In this document: piece by piece, positions 61,170 to 64,000 of the stretch
How the letters are laid out: every line of letters begins with the position of its first letter
Position numbering within the stretch: the first letter of the stretch is position 1
NCBI GenBank assembly: GCA_977020255.1
Contig: CDROCS010000253.1
Location: 1,054,001 to 1,118,000 of the forward strand
Reading direction: 5' to 3'
Source of the DNA: Obrimoposthia wandeli
Lineage: Eukaryota
DNA: 64,000 bases
Notes under the pieces: model-generated
Databases searched by the model: none
The model's input: only the letters and a program-made list of their open reading frames with translations
What the model was told of the DNA's origin: nothing
Made by a program: the position numbers and the translations under genes

Positions 61170-62575
61170 AACTGACCTCCACTCGCTTCTTCAGTATTAC
61201 TTTCAGCTGCAGAGCTATTTTCTGGTACTGGTGTTTGCTCAGTATTTTTTTCAGTCTGCTCTGTTTTTATTTCTTCTGGTTTAGAGCGTTTCAATGGTAC
61301 GCCTTGCTTCGTATCTTGAAGCAAACGTTTTATTGCCGCTAATGAACGCAAATCACTTGGATAGTCATAATGAATGGTCTGTTGCTTGAGCTGCTCTATC
61401 GATTGATAGAAGCTTTTGTTTACTGGTAAGCTCATATCAAAGAATTCATTTAGCCATTGCTGAATATCAAGCAAGGTTTGTTGATAAACGTCTTCTTTTT
61501 GCTCGCTAGCCGCCCATTGAACAAGCTGTACTTTTAGGCTTAAATTTTGCTTTAAATGTTGTTGCTGATCAGGGGCCATTAAGGGCTCAACCATACCTGT
61601 TCTTCGGCGAACAGTGATAAAGTCGTTGAGGAATTTATGCCAGGTTTTGGCTAAGTTTTCTTGCCAGTCACCGATATTATCAGACAGAGCAAAATCTTCT
61701 TTTGTCTGATCAAGCGCTTTAGTTAAATTAACACCGGCTAGTGTTAAGGTTGATACTTGTTTGTTAAGTGCCATTAAGGTCAAAATAGCTTCTTGATTTT
61801 GCAAGGTAGGCATTAACGCTAAGCTTTCTATATCTTCATTAATTAATGCGCGTACCGGTAAAAATTTAGGTTGGCCTAATTCTTTAAGGCGATTATCTGC
61901 GTCACGTAGTAAGTTGATAGCCGCTTTAGTATCTCGCTCTAACCACATGGTACGTGCGGCTACGCGGACTAGGTATTCGGCTTCATGTATCAGCCAATCA
62001 TTAGGTTGGCGCTGGCTTACTTGCTGTTCTAACTGGCTTATTTGCGTCGTTAACTGCTGCAGTTGAGTATCACTATCAATATGTGCCTGTTTGGCGCTTT
62101 GTTGCGATTGACTAGTTGTTCTATGCTGCTGTTGTAACTGTCGGTTAAATTCAGCGGTTAAGTTACTCTTTAGCTGTGCTTGGCTTTGTTGTATTGTCTG
62201 CTGGTTTTGTTGACTCAGAGTTAAAAGTTGCGCGCTATTTTGTTGCTGTTGCCAAACATAATGGCCAATAGAAGCGAAAATACTCACTGTGGCAATCACC
62301 AGTGCAATAGTCGCCGTTTTATTAGTAGGCTTTTCAGCAGCTACACGAGTGTTTGAGGGGGAAGGTTTCCTCGTTACGGTACTTTCCACAGATTTTTTCG
62401 GATCAGATTTTGCAAGCGTCGCTTTTGTAGTCTCAGCGTTATTACTTGCTGTTGCTGAGCTTTTATTGGCATTAGTACCCGATGAGAGTGTAGCGGCCTC
62501 TTTTTTCTCGGTGTCGCTATTATCCGATAGGTTGTTTTTAGAGACTTCGTTATCCGACATAATTCTATATTCCAT
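61166..62575 (-). CDS. hemX: HemX
   Basis: WLIHEAEYL, ADNRL, VRALINED, DFITVRRR; true start may be 62560. Confidence 0.92.
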   Translation of the reverse strand: MEYRIMSDNEVSKNNLSDNSDTEKKEAATLSSGTNANKSSATASNNAETTKATLAKSDPKKSVESTVTRKPSPSNTRVAAEKPTNKTATIALVIATVSIFASIGHYVWQQQQNSAQLLTLSQQNQQTIQQSQAQLKSNLTAEFNRQLQQQHRTTSQSQQSAKQAHIDSDTQLQQLTTQISQLEQQVSQRQPNDWLIHEAEYLVRVAARTMWLERDTKAAINLLRDADNRLKELGQPKFLPVRALINEDIESLALMPTLQNQEAILTLMALNKQVSTLTLAGVNLTKALDQTKEDFALSDNIGDWQENLAKTWHKFLNDFITVRRRTGMVEPLMAPDQQQHLKQNLSLKVQLVQWAASEQKEDVYQQTLLDIQQWLNEFFDMSLPVNKSFYQSIEQLKQQTIHYDYPSDLRSLAAIKRLLQDTKQGVPLKRSKPEEIKTEQTEKNTEQTPVPENSSAAESNTEEASGGQL

Positions 62576-62588
62576 CTTATAAATAGGC

Positions 62589-63431
62589 TTACGAACAAGA
62601 GAATGCTTGCAACGTATTACAGAGTATTTGTGAGCTAGCGCTATGGGTATTTATTACCCGTGTTAGGCCTAAGGCCTTGGCATTTTTTTCAATACGGTCA
62701 CTGACCACGATCCACAGACATTGTGATTGCCAATAATTATCTGTGTTATCAGTTGCACTGGCTAGGTATTTTACTAATGTTACTAATATATCGTTACTAG
62801 TAACGACAATACAGTTAATTTGTTGTACTCGCCATTGCTCAGCAATATTTATCGCTAATGTTCGCCATACACGTTGGTAACTTTCGACATAACTTACTTT
62901 AGCACCGCGTTGCATTAAACTCTCGGCAATATATTCTCGTCCACCATTACCACGAAATATTACTATTTTTTTACCCGTTACTGTCGCCAATTGTGGCAGT
63001 TTAAGTAAACCTTCACTGTGCTCTTGTCGAGGAGGAGGCGATATAGTGGTAGTAATGCCTATTGTTTGTAATGCTTGTTTGGTGGCATTACCGACAGCAA
63101 AAATGGTTTGAGCTGAATTGTTAGGTAGTGGATAGTTGGCGTGGGTAAATTCAACGGCAGCAACACTAACAAAGATAAGAATATCGGCGTGTTCTAGCGC
63201 TATGGCTATATTGTCAGCGCTGGCGTTACTTTGGTAATCGAATAGGGTTTGGCTGGTATTGACTATGCCTTGTTGATCAAGTAACAAGGCAAGTTGCTGA
63301 GCTTTAGCTTTGGGTCGGGTAATTAAGACCCTAAGTGGTTTACCTGGCATAAGTAAAGCCGACTCATTTGTAGGTGTCTCAAGTGCAGTCACTTGAGACG
63401 TATGTTCGACAGATTTAGTTACTTTCGGCAT
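62589..63431 (-). CDS. hemD: Uroporphyrinogen-III synthase
   Basis: [29 protein letters not shown]; start 63431 or 63350. Confidence 0.92.
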   Translation of the reverse strand: MPKVTKSVEHTSQVTALETPTNESALLMPGKPLRVLITRPKAKAQQLALLLDQQGIVNTSQTLFDYQSNASADNIAIALEHADILIFVSVAAVEFTHANYPLPNNSAQTIFAVGNATKQALQTIGITTTISPPPRQEHSEGLLKLPQLATVTGKKIVIFRGNGGREYIAESLMQRGAKVSYVESYQRVWRTLAINIAEQWRVQQINCIVVTSNDILVTLVKYLASATDNTDNYWQSQCLWIVVSDRIEKNAKALGLTRVINTHSASSQILCNTLQAFSCS

Positions 63432-64000
63432 TATCTGAATAAACTTGCTGTAAAATTTTATCTGCACCTCGGCTAAGTAACTCTTGCGCGAGTTTATTTC
63501 CGAGCGCTTCACCTTCCTCTACGGGGCCGGTGATTTCACTTTCGATCATCTCACTACCGTCGACAGCGCCAACTAATCCACGTAAGTGAATATTTTTTCC
63601 ATCAGCAGAGATAACGCCGTAGCTACCAATAGGTACCTGACAACCACCTTCAAGCGCTTTATTCATTGCGCGTTCTGCAAGCACACGAATACGGGTAGTA
63701 GCACATTCTAAGGGTGCTAATAATGCTTTCATTTTATCATCACCATTACGACACTCAATGCCAACAGCGCCTTGGCCATTTGCAGGAAGCATTTCTTCTG
63801 GTTCAATGAATTGTGCAATACGGTCACTCATTTCTAAGCGAATTAGGCCCGCAGCAGCTAAGATGATGGCGTCGTATTGACCTTCATCTAATTTTCTTAA
63901 ACGGGTGTTTACATTGCCACGTAAAACACGAATATCTAAATCAGGACGGTTTGCTTTTAACTGGCACTGACGACGTAAGCTTGACGTGCCAACAATAGCG
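63415..64000 (-). CDS. hemC: Porphobilinogen deaminase, 5' end outside window
   Basis: [34 protein letters not shown]. Confidence 0.97.
   Translation of the reverse strand, partial: AIVGTSSLRRQCQLKANRPDLDIRVLRGNVNTRLRKLDEGQYDAIILAAAGLIRLEMSDRIAQFIEPEEMLPANGQGAVGIECRNGDDKMKALLAPLECATTRIRVLAERAMNKALEGGCQVPIGSYGVISADGKNIHLRGLVGAVDGSEMIESEITGPVEEGEALGNKLAQELLSRGADKILQQVYSDNAESN

Overview
AT-rich gammaproteobacterial chromosome segment. The 16S sequence and gene content fit Colwellia or a close Alteromonadales relative (recalled, not searched). Order: partial secreted HEXXH protein; trkA-rsmB-fmt-def; LysM-dprA-smg-topoisomerase Zn-finger; purE-purK, with the purK 3' end replaced by a fragmented IS4-family transposase; tsaC, ompW, aroE, DUF1488, gamma-CA. 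Then four rRNA operons in about 27 kb: copy 1 is error-ridden, carries Bacillota-like 23S patches and ends 5S-5S-tRNA-Tyr, while copies 2-4 form a head-to-tail triplet. Then the H+ F1Fo atp operon; a TonB receptor-YkoF-PnuC-kinase thiamine-salvage operon; a MITE-like element; a CrbS-like kinase; an FG-GAP protein; DUF3565; and hemYXDC. Best novelty candidate: a TPP-riboswitch-like leader (53922-54035, minus strand) whose pyrimidine-sensing half is intact but whose pyrophosphate-sensing P4/P5 half is rebuilt. Several other oddities (rrn copy 1, purK/IS4) may be assembly artefacts.
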